DNA of 64,000 nucleotides from Perkinsus olseni (Eukaryota): NCBI GenBank assembly GCA_013115125.1, contig JABANN010000112.1, positions 1 to 64,000 of the forward strand, read 5' to 3'. Shown piece by piece: positions 39,660 to 52,034 of this stretch (position 1 is its first letter; each line of letters starts with the position of its first letter). The notes under the pieces were generated by a model. It saw only the letters and a program-made list of their open reading frames with translations, ran no database searches and was not told where the DNA came from. The position numbers and the translations under genes were made by a program.

Positions 39660-40091
39660 ATGTTGGCGGCCCTCTTCGCACTCTTCGTGGTGGCTCCCTC
39701 GTCGCTACCATCAGTTGGGCGTCCATATGAAGGACAGTATTTCAACATTATCACAGATCCACCGGACTGCATTCAAGTTGACTTCGTCCCCGGTCCTACG
39801 TGCGAAATATACCTTCTCGGTGAGTGTGGCAAAAGCTCCATCACTTCCAAGGGCATGTATGTGGTTGAGAGCGGTGCCTCCACGTACAATGTCACCCAGG
39901 ATAGCGAGAAGGATCATGATGACTTCATATCGGACATCCAGAAGGGTTGCCCCAGCCTTGGTCTACTTAAAGATGATCTCAATACGTATCAGACTGACGA
40001 CAACATAGAGACTATGATAGTTCAGTTCCAAGGCAAGGCAGCTAATATGTCCCAAGGTAAATGCCCACCGCCGAACACGGCCCATATCTGA
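39660..40091 (+). CDS. Small secreted Cys-containing protein of unknown function
   Basis: Signal-like MLAALFALFVVAPSSL, then PYEGQY and 5 Cys; intronless 143-aa ORF. Confidence 0.6.
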   Translation: MLAALFALFVVAPSSLPSVGRPYEGQYFNIITDPPDCIQVDFVPGPTCEIYLLGECGKSSITSKGMYVVESGASTYNVTQDSEKDHDDFISDIQKGCPSLGLLKDDLNTYQTDDNIETMIVQFQGKAANMSQGKCPPPNTAHI

Positions 40092-41297
40092 TCATTTTTG
40101 GTGAGTTCTGGTATCACACCTTTGCTGTCTATCAAGTTCTGTGAGTCTCATGACCAGCTTATCTCTATTTCCAGCAGCAAAGTTATACCATCACAGTAGT
40201 ACTATTTTTACTTTCTTTTCTGACTCAGAAAAGAAAGTGCTCAGAAATCAGATCTGAAATTCTGAGTCCACTTGAGCCTTTATTCGACTCATTACTTCCA
40301 AAGAATGTCAGCGATATTGGAGAACGTCAAGATACGTGTGTGACTCGGCGGCGGCTGACTATCCTGTTTCCAAGAGTGGAATCGTCGCGTTCGGGGTCGA
40401 CGGTTCTCCTTCTGGCCTCCCGCTCTCACGAACATCTGTATCATGCTGTAGAGTCTATAGTGTCTCTGAATCTCCTCTCGGTAACTCTCTGATTATCACA
40501 CATTACCGATGCTGCTACAGCTACTATAATTACAGTGCAACAGGCCGTGAGTGAGGGGCTGAGCATGATGACTGAGTATCTTCGGCTCTTCACCCTAGTT
40601 GTACTCCTCCTCCTGCTCCACGTCTGGTGTGGCAGGGATCCGTAGAACCTACTGTCTGTTTAGATAGAGCTGCTCCACAAGTAGTTGCATGCACAAACGA
40701 CCGGGTCCGACGGCCTGAGAACTCCTCCATACGCAAAGCGATAATTGAGCTTCCCAGCTACAGGCCTTGGAATTACACCCGCCAATCCAGCTGCCACTGT
40801 AGCGCAGAGAACTCCCATGACGTGTTCATGCCGGCCCGTCTCTAGAGTTTGTTTGTCTTCGTCGCTGCGAACTGCCTAGAACAGTCTAGAGTTAGCGGTA
40901 TCGTTTGAGAAGTGTTTGTAATAGCTCCGGGGCTCAATAGGCCGTAGTCATTGAGCCGTCATGATGTAGTCGATCGACCTCATAATAATAATAATAATAA
41001 CAATAACAATGGTCATTCCTATGGTTGCGTCTCCTCATTCTTTAACTCTCTCGCCCTTCCCGTCATCCCATTTGTCTGTAAGGAAATAACCGAAATCATT
41101 GAGTGACTACGACATACCCCTGTGGACAGTTATCGTCGATGAGTATGTGAAGCTTCCCTGTCATACATCTCTCTGTGAGTTGTGATCGCTGAGTGCTTCC
41201 ATATCATCCAAGGGAACTGAGTTCATACTTCAAGGATAGGCGAAGCTACTGTACTACCAACGATACTTAAGCGAAACATCTCAGAATTTGTATAACA

Positions 41298-43847
41298 ATG
41301 GTGGTCGGCTGTTTAAAGATCCCCTCGAGATCCTTTGGTGTCGCGAGGGCTACTACCACACCTCTGACTGCCGCATCGCAACGACTGAAGATACGCTTAT
41401 CGTCGGCGGCGGAGTCCAAAGGGCAGACGACCTCGTCGGAGAAGACGACCGATGCCGTGCGAAAAGCAGGGAAGAAGCAACGGCGGCAGCCGCGACCGGT
41501 GGTGGATAATATTAATATTGAAGATTGCAAGGCGAAGGCGGCCGAGGTGAGTGGCTCGTGGAGGGCCTCCTGCTGTTATTCATACTTCATCACTACGCCG
41601 CCGCCGCTGTGATGTGCATGCATTGAGAGACTCAGTAGTTATCTGCGTGTATCCTTCCGCAGGCTCTCGGGGTGGGTAGGCTGGAGGACGCTGTCCTCTA
41701 CAGAGATGCTGATTATATAGCAGTAAATAAGCCATGGGGTCTATCCGTCACGGAAGGTCCTAAAGTTAAAGACAGGTGGGTTTCCTCTCCGGCAGCCCTC
41801 CCCGCCTGGAAATATCCTCTTTCAGCCTCCAACGGCACCTCCGAGCCTTGGCCTCTTCATCTAGTTCTGAAGTACCGATACTCATTCATCGATCGGATAC
41901 CGCGACTGCCGGAGTACAGCTGTTGGCTCGTCATAAGGCAGCGGCTACGATGGCCAGGGATCGTATCGGCGCAAGGTGATGACTCATCACTGATGAGCAG
42001 CAACAGCATGACGTGTCGCGAGTGCGGACAAGTGACGGCTATCCTTCAGTGAAAGTGCAGTATCCGTATGATTCTCCTCCATAGGGCGGCACATAACAAG
42101 AATGTCTCGACCATCGTTGTGAGCCGATCCACCTCTCAGGTCCTTCTGGAATCGTACCTACTGGGCTCTTGTATGGGGCAAGGTTCAGCTGGGCCCGAGA
42201 CAGTTCAGTGGAACGATCAATATACCCCTCATCCACCGGTACCCCATCCACTGCATGTTTCTTCTTCCCACCATCGACTCACTTGATCTAGACACCTGTC
42301 TCTGTTTATTGTCATTCCTCAGAGGTCATCACGTTGTGCCCGCTTCCTTCCACACGGCCGAACTCTCCGCGATAACCAAGTGGGAGATCCTCAAATACTC
42401 CTCGTTTGCCGGTGGGATAACATTGCTCAAGTTAGAACCGTAGGATATTCGAGGTCGCGGGTTCAATGCCTGGTCAAGGCTTTCTGGTAGATATACCGGC
42501 CGACGAGACCAGCTACAGGCTCACTGTGCTTTCGGACTCAGAACGCCTGTAGTGGGCGACGACATGTGAGCCCTCCGCCCGCTGTTACTGTCCTCTTCTG
42601 CTGACCGCGCCGAATTCAAGTTACTCCAAGCAAGCGATACGGTGGAACGATGCCACTCCTGAGAAGCACATGTTACAGCGGAAGGAAATGTTCGGAGAAG
42701 ATCTGATCTGCAAACGCATGGTGAGTGGATTCCATAGAATAGAACAGTAGGAGTCAGCTAATAGGATGTATCAACCAGAGAGTCGGAGGCTGAACGATCA
42801 GTCCAGCCCGACTCTAACTTGGCAATCTCATTCGTGCAGTAGTGAATAGAATAACTACGCCATGCAAAGGATCGAGTTTTGAGCTCAGGTATGTTCTCGA
42901 CAGATCTCCATGCATTCCTTTGGAGGAGATCAGATCGACATTATAGCGCCCGTACCACCACACATGCGGCAAATGTTCGATAAGCTTGGCTGGTAAGTGG
43001 ACACACGAAACGAGTAGATGAGACGAGATCAGCTCGCGTAGACATATCGAATATTCCTCACTGTGATGTCTCTGATATAGCAGATGCTGAGCAGTGTTCC
43101 ATGGGCTCCTCTTGAATATCATGAGCGCTCCAAAGATTGAATTTAACGTGCACAAGACGATCCAGTGAGCGCTATTGAAACTGAGGAGAGTCATGAGTGG
43201 AACCAAATGTCAAAAGGGCGCAGAATCGTCGTTAGCTGCAGACCGCCGGCCACAATATCTTCGATTGGCCTCATTGATCGTCACATCCGCGGAGATGTTC
43301 CGAATGTTAGGGCCAGAGTAGTGGCTACAGGTACATTGAGGATGACCAGTCGACACACTCAGATGGGCTTTGGGATGCCATAGAGCTACCCGAAGAGGGA
43401 CGAGGAGAAGTGACGCCAGTCGATCGAAGGTGGGTTCATGTTCGCGTTATCGTCTCGAGTGTGTCTCACTCAGCCCTACTTACGAGCCCTATCAGGCTGG
43501 GGACCCCTTATTGATATCATCAACTGCTTTGAATGACCGAGTGCCCGAGGAAGAGGTTGCGGAGAAGAGCGAGCTCAACTTCGTACGGCGGTATAAGAAG
43601 AGAGTTTCTGACCAACAGACGGCCATGATGAAGGCTCGAGTAAGTGACGAGAACTACGATGGTGGTGACTGTTGGTGACATGTGTTTCTGGTGAAAGTTT
43701 CTCGTGTTATCTTGTTGGGTTGTCCAGTAGTGGAAGCTCATATCGAAATTCGTTCAAGGAGCACCGTCGTGGCAACGAATGGGGCGAGGTATGAACGCTC
43801 TTCAGGAATACGAATCAGGCTGCTCGTATCACCACATCGTCGAGTGA
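41298..43847 (+). CDS. RluA/RPUSD-family pseudouridine synthase, probably mitochondrial (multi-exon)
   Basis: YIAVNKPWGL (motif I), LIHRSDTATAGVQLLAR (motif II with catalytic Asp), YTGRRDQLQAHCAFGLRTPVVGDD (motif III). Basic, S/T-rich N-terminus. Confidence 0.85.
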
Positions 43848-44005
43848 AGTTGCTAGCGGACGGATGGTCCCGAGATCAAAGCGCTGTAATTTCATGTCCT
43901 CAAACTCGCACCTTCACTGCCGTTGATTCCTTCTTATTCTGCAAGACGAGTTCAATTGACTTGATCTCGAACACAACATGGGAAAAAAGAAATCATTCTC
44001 TTCCA

Positions 44006-45601
44006 TCAGAGAGCATCGATCGAGCGGTATAAGTGAAGCCGAGATCTCCTCCATTCGCTAGTTGTGATCGTCGAAGATCCCTCGTAGACTGTCGAGACTG
44101 GAGAGCCTCCTGAAACGAAAAGGGAGGTCCCTCCGTGATGCATCGCGCTTTCTCTTACTTGCCGCAGCCGTTCTCTTTCCCTCTTCACAGCCCCGGGCGT
44201 CTCTTGAACGAAGGCGTCCAACGCCACTCTGATGATGTTGCACCACATGACCGCATCCGAGCGGTTCTTCTCAAAATCGAGCACAAAAGTCTCCGCCGTT
44301 TGGACGGGTATAACGCCACGGATGTGATGAATGTAGAGGAAGAACTGATCGCGGACTGACCAGCAAGTGGCGATGATCCGTCGTGTCTATCTGGACCAAC
44401 CTTACCTTCGACCAGCGCGATATTCTTCAACTCAATCGTTCGCTCATCGAGTGGCTTGTTGCCGGTTTTATGGAGACTCTCCCAGTGTAGTTTACCAGCA
44501 GGCAACTCTACAGTGAGCCACCCCTACACAAATATCAGAGCTGCTTCTTCGAGAGATGAGCTGAGGCCCTAGTAAAAACCTAGCCTAGATGGTTAACGCT
44601 TGTTACAGAACGATTCTTCATAGTCTCATGCGGACCGAAAGTGGCGTGACAACAACTTCGGAATGGTAGGGAGAGAGAGCTAGATTCCCGAACAGCACTA
44701 GGACGTCAGGCCACCGGGCGCTTACATTTGACGAGGCGCCACCATCTTGAGACGCCGTAGTGGATAGGGAAGAGATGAAACTCGCGATCTGAAAAAAGCG
44801 GAGCGAAGCTATCATTGAGGACTGACCACATAAGAGATCCCTTCCCCTACCCCCTTCTTGTTCGAGGATCCTGTTTCGACATCCTGCCGGAGCATACAAG
44901 CTACGCCTTCTTCGCATTGCTGGCCGTAATCAACACTAAAATACAACCACCCCGGTTCGATCCCACCACCTCACTCTCGCGAAAAACACCCTTCCACCCC
45001 AAGAGCTAGCCGAGCCAGTAAAGAGGAAGTTCCTGAGGCCAGAGTGGACGAGTGGCTTACAAAAATTTCATCTCTGGTTCGGACATCTGGGAGCATTCTG
45101 GACAAGTTGTGGAGGAGCACAGAGCAAAGTATAGGAAGCTGCTGCACGAGCCAAAGCAGCGAGGACAGAACCTGCGATAAATGAGGATACAGCCGACCTC
45201 ACACGAACAACTGCTGGCTGAAATCGCTCAGAAAATGGTCGTGATTCGACGCAGTATGAGAAAAGGTATCTGGCATGAGCACATAACGCTACTTTCCGAT
45301 ATCGTTGGCGATGAAAAGCACAGCCTAGCTTGACCGCGCGCCACGAAATAGCACTCGAAAGAAACATCCCGCGGGGTTTTCTCACTTTTTCTTGCAGCAC
45401 TTGCATGCCAACGGCGGTCGTAGCCGCGCTATGGACAATATCTCCCCGCACTTGGCGCAATGATCCGGATCTGTAATCGAAAACGCTGCTTAGGTCGATG
45501 CTGGCCAGTTGCAAACAGTAAGATACCCCCACCCCGCGACCTCTTTTATCAACAAATCGAGTCCCTTCGCAGGACTCCGCGGTTTTTTCGTCTGTGGTCA
45601 T
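44006..45601 (-). CDS. FYVE-like zinc finger plus PH-like domain protein (multi-exon)
   Basis: Spliced DHCAKC...ACKCCKKKFCPRC...TCPEC gives 8-Cys FYVE spacing. The C-terminal part has GWLTVELPAGKLHW, RTIELKNI and FVLDF...DAVMWCNIIRVAL, typical of PH strands and the terminal helix. Confidence 0.6.
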
Positions 45602-45927
45602 TCGCTGATAGTTGATAACAATAAAACCTGACCTCACTAGAGTTGAAATGAGAGCACGCAAACCCAGACCAAGCACGAGTATAAGATAGAAAATTCCACG
45701 AAAGCAGCGATAATGAGCACCATTATAGTGTCCAACGACCTGAATAGGTTAATGAGGATTGGAGAAGAAAGCACAGAGATAACGGATTCAATGCTGAACA
45801 CTGAAGATGGATTGGCAGAGCTCCTCCACGCAACGCTGGCTGTTGTCTTTATTGATAACAATAAATATGCTGATGCAACATGACCTGCAGTATAATCCAA
45901 ATAAAGCAAAAAAGATGATTATAATCA

Positions 45928-48900
45928 CTATAGGGGCGCAGTCATCGACCTCCTACTCGAGATCACGGCAGCTTCATTTCCAATCAGCGTTTTGATTTCA
46001 CTTGCGAGTCGTCGACTGATCGGGTGTGGCAATTCAACGGGTTCATGTCCGGAGACGAAAGCCACGGTGGGCATGCGCGGACGAACTCTGGAAGAATCTT
46101 TTCGGGCGAGCGGCCATATCTTTAGTCGCTTAGGCCTGAGGCCGCAGCATCCTCCCCCTATGGAACGACGTTTATGCGATCTTCGCAGTGATAGGGAGGG
46201 CAAAGAATCGTCACCGCGCCACGAAATTATTTCTTGCTCGCTCCCTGCCTCCTCTATGGCGCTCTTGTTTTTGATGTAGTAGTCGGAGGTTAGACATTGA
46301 GTTGTGCTAATTCTGTTCTCTGGATCTTTCACGAGCATTCGCTCAACAAGATCGGCAAGGTCCAAGTCGTAGCGGCGCATAGCGGCAACGTGGAAGGCCA
46401 GTGGCTTCGAGAAATCACTCAGCCACTGGAAGTATTCGAATCCTCGATTACTGCTCCCAACGAGAGAAGCCAGTACTTTGGCGGTTGGACATTCACCTAA
46501 CCAAAAAGATACGCGTGGAGGAATAGCAAGTCGAGCAAGATTGAGCGAGATGATCGAAAAATCGAGCGATCCTACCACTGAAAATCTCGCAAATGGTGAT
46601 ACCAAGGCTCCAGACGTCCATCTTCCTCGACACGACAACAGCAGCATCTCCAACGCCTACTCCGCCACCACCGACTCGCCCCCGACTTGTCCGCGATTTA
46701 AGATCCACAACCGCTCTCGCCAATTCCGGCGAACAGTATCTACACAAGTCAATGGAGGCTCGACGCGCACGGCTACTGCTATCGTGAGAGAACGTCCTCG
46801 GGAAGGTGGCACTTTACAGAAGTTCGCCTCGAGGCTGTGCATTGAGTGTTGATCATCACTTGGCGCGAAATGGCGTCGACGGACATGCGAGCTTCCCTCA
46901 CTGGCACGAATCTCCCAACTCAGACAATCTCACTCAACTTGCTGCACAATCAACAGGCGCTAGTAACGATAAAAAGGATACTCCAAACGTCGCCAATTCC
47001 CCTACCATAAATCCAACAAATCTCACAGCGCAATGGCATTTGATAGGAATGCTCCCGTCCCCCTACGCTGCTGTAAAGGCCACCAGACTATCCTCAGGGT
47101 TCAATATGCTGCCTGCCTTCACCGCGCCATCAAAATCTATCATCTTCCACTTGTTCGCTCGACCCAGCATCACATTGCCCGGCTTCAGATCCAAATGTAC
47201 CTCACAAATCACCATCATCATCGACGGTAAATTAGAGAGAATTTATTGCCGGAGTCAAGTCCACGAGCGTGACACTCAAGACACAGGCATGCAGTGAAGG
47301 GCTCTACGAAAACCAACTTCGAAGGACAGAAAGAAGCACTAAAACTGTGCCAATTTATCGAAGACTCATAGCTGCTTCGTCCCCGTAGCATCATCACGAG
47401 GCGTTCAGACTTCGTGAACCCGCTCCCTCACCAGTCCCTTAGAATGAACTGCATACATCATCTCCAGCAAGGGCACCACTAGATGAGCGAGCTCCGCTTT
47501 AGATAATGCACACGACGACACACGACTACGACTCTTCGGCGGAAGTCGCGAGGGCCGGGAGTAACTAATAAAAGTATCACGACTCGTTCCCTTCTGAGAA
47601 GGCATCAGTCTTCCTATCTCAGTGCTCCACGGGCGACGAAGATACTCACGGTGAGGCGTTTCATTACCACATCCACGTTCCATATTTTATATAACTAATC
47701 TGCCCCAATGACCGTCTCACATTCGTGCGAGGTACTGCTTCAACGTTACCACTCCCAGCTCAAAAATGGCATACAGCTCACAGTCGGTCAGGTCAGGACC
47801 AGGTGCGCCGTATCTGAGGTGATATCCGAATCGATCAGGCGATCGATTTGACTCACTCATCAACTGAATAAGCTTCCATCGGTAAAACCACGTCGCCCAA
47901 TTCCAATGTCTCCGATTTCACCATTGATAACCCAGGCTGAATCAATTGCACGCATGAACAAAAGATACCATCTCCAACCGAACTCACCGGAGTATCAACT
48001 GATAGAAGAGATTCCGCTCGAGACCTTCCGGGCGATGATTGAGGAAGAGCCACTTCGCCCTGACCATAAAACAGCATCCTCAATATTCATTCGTCAGAGC
48101 GTAGAGCGATCGAGAAGAGGCTGTGCTCTCGAGTTCGCGACCGGTCCATCGCTACTACGACGCAACTGTGATCACGAAGCGGCCATCTTCAGAGCAGGAC
48201 GCGATCAACTACCGGAGAAGTGTGATCATCGTCACAGGGCGACGGCTGACTGGGAAGTAAAAAAAATACCGCAGGAGCGCCGACCTTGAGAATGGCCATA
48301 TTTCGAACTTGATTGGCGAACCTCCTCAACGTTTCTTCGTAGCTGGCCAGGGCTCCCATCTCACTCTGATCATCATCATCATCATCACAACTCTACTGCG
48401 ACTCTTCCCATTCCCAATGGGGGCTGCGGAGCAATTAACGTCAAAAGTGGGCAGTATCCGATCACATCCATTTTTAGACTAGCGATTGGACTCTTGAGAG
48501 CGCTGGGGATATTCGCCTTCTTATCAACTACATGTGAAAGTCTCGAATCGATCACTAGGGCGAGCGCTAATCACAAGAGGTGATTCCGACTCATCATACA
48601 GCTCAATGCAGCTCAAGAATTAGCATCAACTTGGTCGGCAGTAACCCGAACATGAGCCCGATTCGAAGATACTATTAAATACCCACTCCTAGTCATCGAT
48701 GAATTGACGAATGATCCTCAACTACTCCAGCCAGTCAGCTCCTCCTACTCAACTACGTTAGACCAAGCTACTTGACTGAGTGAAGAGTCGAGCTGGCTGG
48801 GAAACGGTCAACTCTATTGTCGCAATAAGATGGGAGCATTTAAAAGACACCGCGACCGCGCCCTAGCAGGGAATCATGGGGTATCAGTCCGAACGTCAAT

Positions 48901-49280
48901 GCGACTTTTCCGTTTACTGCAGGAATGAACGTACGAAAAGATACTCACAGCGTGATAGCATTTGATGGCGACCTCCTTTCGCTCCACTATATCATATCCC
49001 TTGCGCACGCGTGCAAAGCTGCCTCTGCCGATGTTCTTGTGAATCCCGAGGTAATATCTGCAAGAACATCTTCACTGCGCCACGAAATTACGATAATACA
49101 GGGTTCCCGCACACCTCACCTATCCAAAATCAACTTTTTCTCCGCTGCCTCCCAATCTGGAGGCAGTCTGTCGATGAACTTCTTGTCAGTTTGACCTGCG
49201 TCACTCGCCACGAAATTAGACACAGAAGACGGCATCGTATCAATCACAGCCCGCAGCTTCTCTGTGGAAGTGACAGACAT
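45928..49280 (-). CDS. Ser/Thr protein kinase, non-RD type with DFD in place of DFG (multi-exon)
   Basis: IGRGSFARV, VAIK, LYAIFELG, VHLDLKPGNV, MIDFDG, YCSPE, MDVWSLG, DPENRIS. Confidence 0.88.
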
Positions 49281-49640
49281 CACGTTTAATTTCTGAACCC
49301 GGGGAAAAATCGCCAAGGAAAAATAAAAACAGCGTTCCCTCTCAGGTCCGCCTTTTGGCATACGCTCAATTCCATGCAACCGGTTAGCGAGTTCGAAGTT
49401 CGTCGGGGCCACGGCAGATCTGATGGCAGAACAAACGCCAGGACCGTCGGAGTAGTTAACAGAGGGAATGCAGACTCCTCGCTCCGTTCGAGTAAGCGGC
49501 CGGGCTTCTGCACATGAAAACATGAAAGGTAGGGACCAACTACGTCATTCTTCACTTTAGGGATGACATGAGGTAATATCGAACTCGGGACCAACAGACA
49601 GATAAACCACAACCATAACCAACTAAACTACGCTTCCTTC

Positions 49641-51619
49641 TCACGAAAACGGCCCCAAATATATACCAGTAACAATCGCAATGTACAGGAATGAAACGAT
49701 GCTAACTACGAGGAATACGTAAAACTCTGTCGAATTGCCTCCACCAACGCACTTGCCGATCCACGGGCAGTGATGATCAAATTCATCTACACAAACCTGG
49801 CAGTATCTGACATGACCGCGCGCCACGAAATGTTCCATCATCAAGTCCTCGCAACGCCTCTCCGTAAAGCGTTCATTCATCCGTGAATTCCGCAAACATC
49901 TCTCATAGCACTGCGTCACTCGCCGGGAAATTCTATGATACTCAAATTGGACACACGGACGGCCTTGAGTAGATCCACTACCGAATCATGGACGCTACTG
50001 TAGACTCGACAGGAAGCGAAGAACCCGCTGGTTTAAGTGGTGTAGATCAACCGGAATATCACCTACGCACGCTCTGAACGACACTGAACGGATCACAATT
50101 CTGCTCAGCCAAAGCGCCAAGGGGAACTCCGAAACGGGGGTCCCGGATTCGATTCCCACTGCCTGCATTCATTACTCGCAATGAAGCGTTCCCTTTCTCT
50201 GCATAACTTTGCATTTTCTACAATAAATCCTCCTCTGGCTCGGCAGCCACTGCTCTTCTCCAAAATCATCATCAGCCTCATCATAACTTTCCTGGGGGTG
50301 TACTCGCAGAAGGCCGGGATCCGAGAGGAGCGCACAGCGAAGAAATGTGAATAACGACGAAATCTGAGCGGAGAGTGCTCGCCGGCCGAAGACGTGATTT
50401 CGATACGCCTGGAAGGTCGACACTCTATCGTTTGCTAGCCATAGTCAGGCTTCGGCGAATCAGATTCCACCTTGAAACTTCCCTGAGCGCGAAAGACAGA
50501 AGGCTTAACGTTATCAATTCGTCTACAGGCCCCCTTCAGAATACTGCAAGTCACCCACAAATTACCGCACAGAAAGATGCAATCATGTAACGAGTTGCAA
50601 ACCTCTATCCCCACTTTCAATGAACCCCAGGAGAGGACTGGTTGCCGAATGGCATCAATGCAGCGAGCTGGAACTTACCGTCAAAATGGTGCCTACGAGC
50701 CCTTGAACCTTCCGTTGGTTTTCTGACACCTCTAGCCGTGGTGTGAGCATCCAAGCAAATCCAAAACCAATACCAATGATCACTCCGACCATCACAATAA
50801 TAGCGTACCTGTAGAGGAAAATGCATATGCGTGTAATAATCCATACCACTCCTTTCCTTACCAATGCGGACCTATATAAAGTACTACTCCCAGGGGGCCT
50901 TTGAAGACCCTGACGCGTCCGTAATGTTGCACCTCCCGCGTCGCCCGCATTTCCCGAAATTCATGGGAGGCCTCAAAACTCATGAAAATCAAACCGTTCT
51001 CGTCCAACTCCATCTCATCATTCGAATCATCATCTCGCGAAGAGCAGCTACTCGACGCAGAGTCCCAGCTTTCGAAACTATCGAAGCGCTTTCGATGTGA
51101 ATCTCGCTCGCCCGTAGGATATGCCTCCAAACGAACCTCATCCGAATCGCCGAAAACCCGATCGTTGTCGAACGATTCCTGAAATGAGGCGAAGCAATGA
51201 GCACCGAAATCTAATCAGTACACACGAACTTCCCAAAATACGGCCTTTAACCAACCGATTTTCCGCGTGTAGTAAACCCCTCCCCCACGTTTGTAATCTC
51301 GCTTAGAAATCAGTAGCAATGCTGTAGCGTAGTATTCTCTTCGGCTTTGAACTGGACTTTTGAAATGCACGAACAAGATCAAGTAGCAAGGTAGATGACC
51401 ACTCGAGTGTACAAACGGACATTTTTAACGAGCCTCTAAATTCGACCCCCCTCTCCTTTCCCTCCAAACTACCCGTAGATAATCCACGGATCCTTCCTCA
51501 TCTCGACCGCGTTGGTATCCCGAACTTGATGAAGATGCGCCATCAAGCGTCCGCGGCGTGATCGGCAAGGTCAGCTTCGGCGGGCCAGCTCCGTAGTTGC
51601 CATCAGCCTTTTGACTCAT
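49641..51619 (-). CDS. DHHC palmitoyl acyltransferase (5 exons)
   Basis: IGPHW, TM segments, SDPG, YCRKCK...[27 protein letters not shown]...FYVFL. Confidence 0.92.
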
Positions 51620-52034
51620 TTCGGAAATGCAACCGTTTTAAATTGCAGAATTAAATCTAACAAATATAGGTTCAATGAAGGCACGCCAATTAGCGAGACT
51701 CCTGAAGGAACGAAGTGACCGGACAGTTACTTCGGCAATGCGCTGAATAGTTCCTGTAGACCCCTCAATCACGGTGTGTTTGATCAAGCTGACTCCCGAG
51801 TTCATTAGAAAGGACTCCGACGAAGAAGTGGCGTAGCGCAGAAGAATGCACTTGGGAGTGCAGTGAAGCCCAGAAACCAATCCGGCTATCCCTTAGAGCA
51901 ATGCAACTCCCACAGGCCAATCGTCACGCGCCACAAAACTCCTCCTGTTACATGGTCATAGTCAACACAATAGCAAGTGGATGAAACACAGAAACTCCCG
52001 GCGGTTTCAAACATGACAATCACACCAGAAAACC

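Noticed and set aside
40336-41170. Possible solo LTR (TGATGAC...GTCATGA after a purine-rich run)
   Set aside because: Termini are imperfect, and no target-site duplication or second copy was found.
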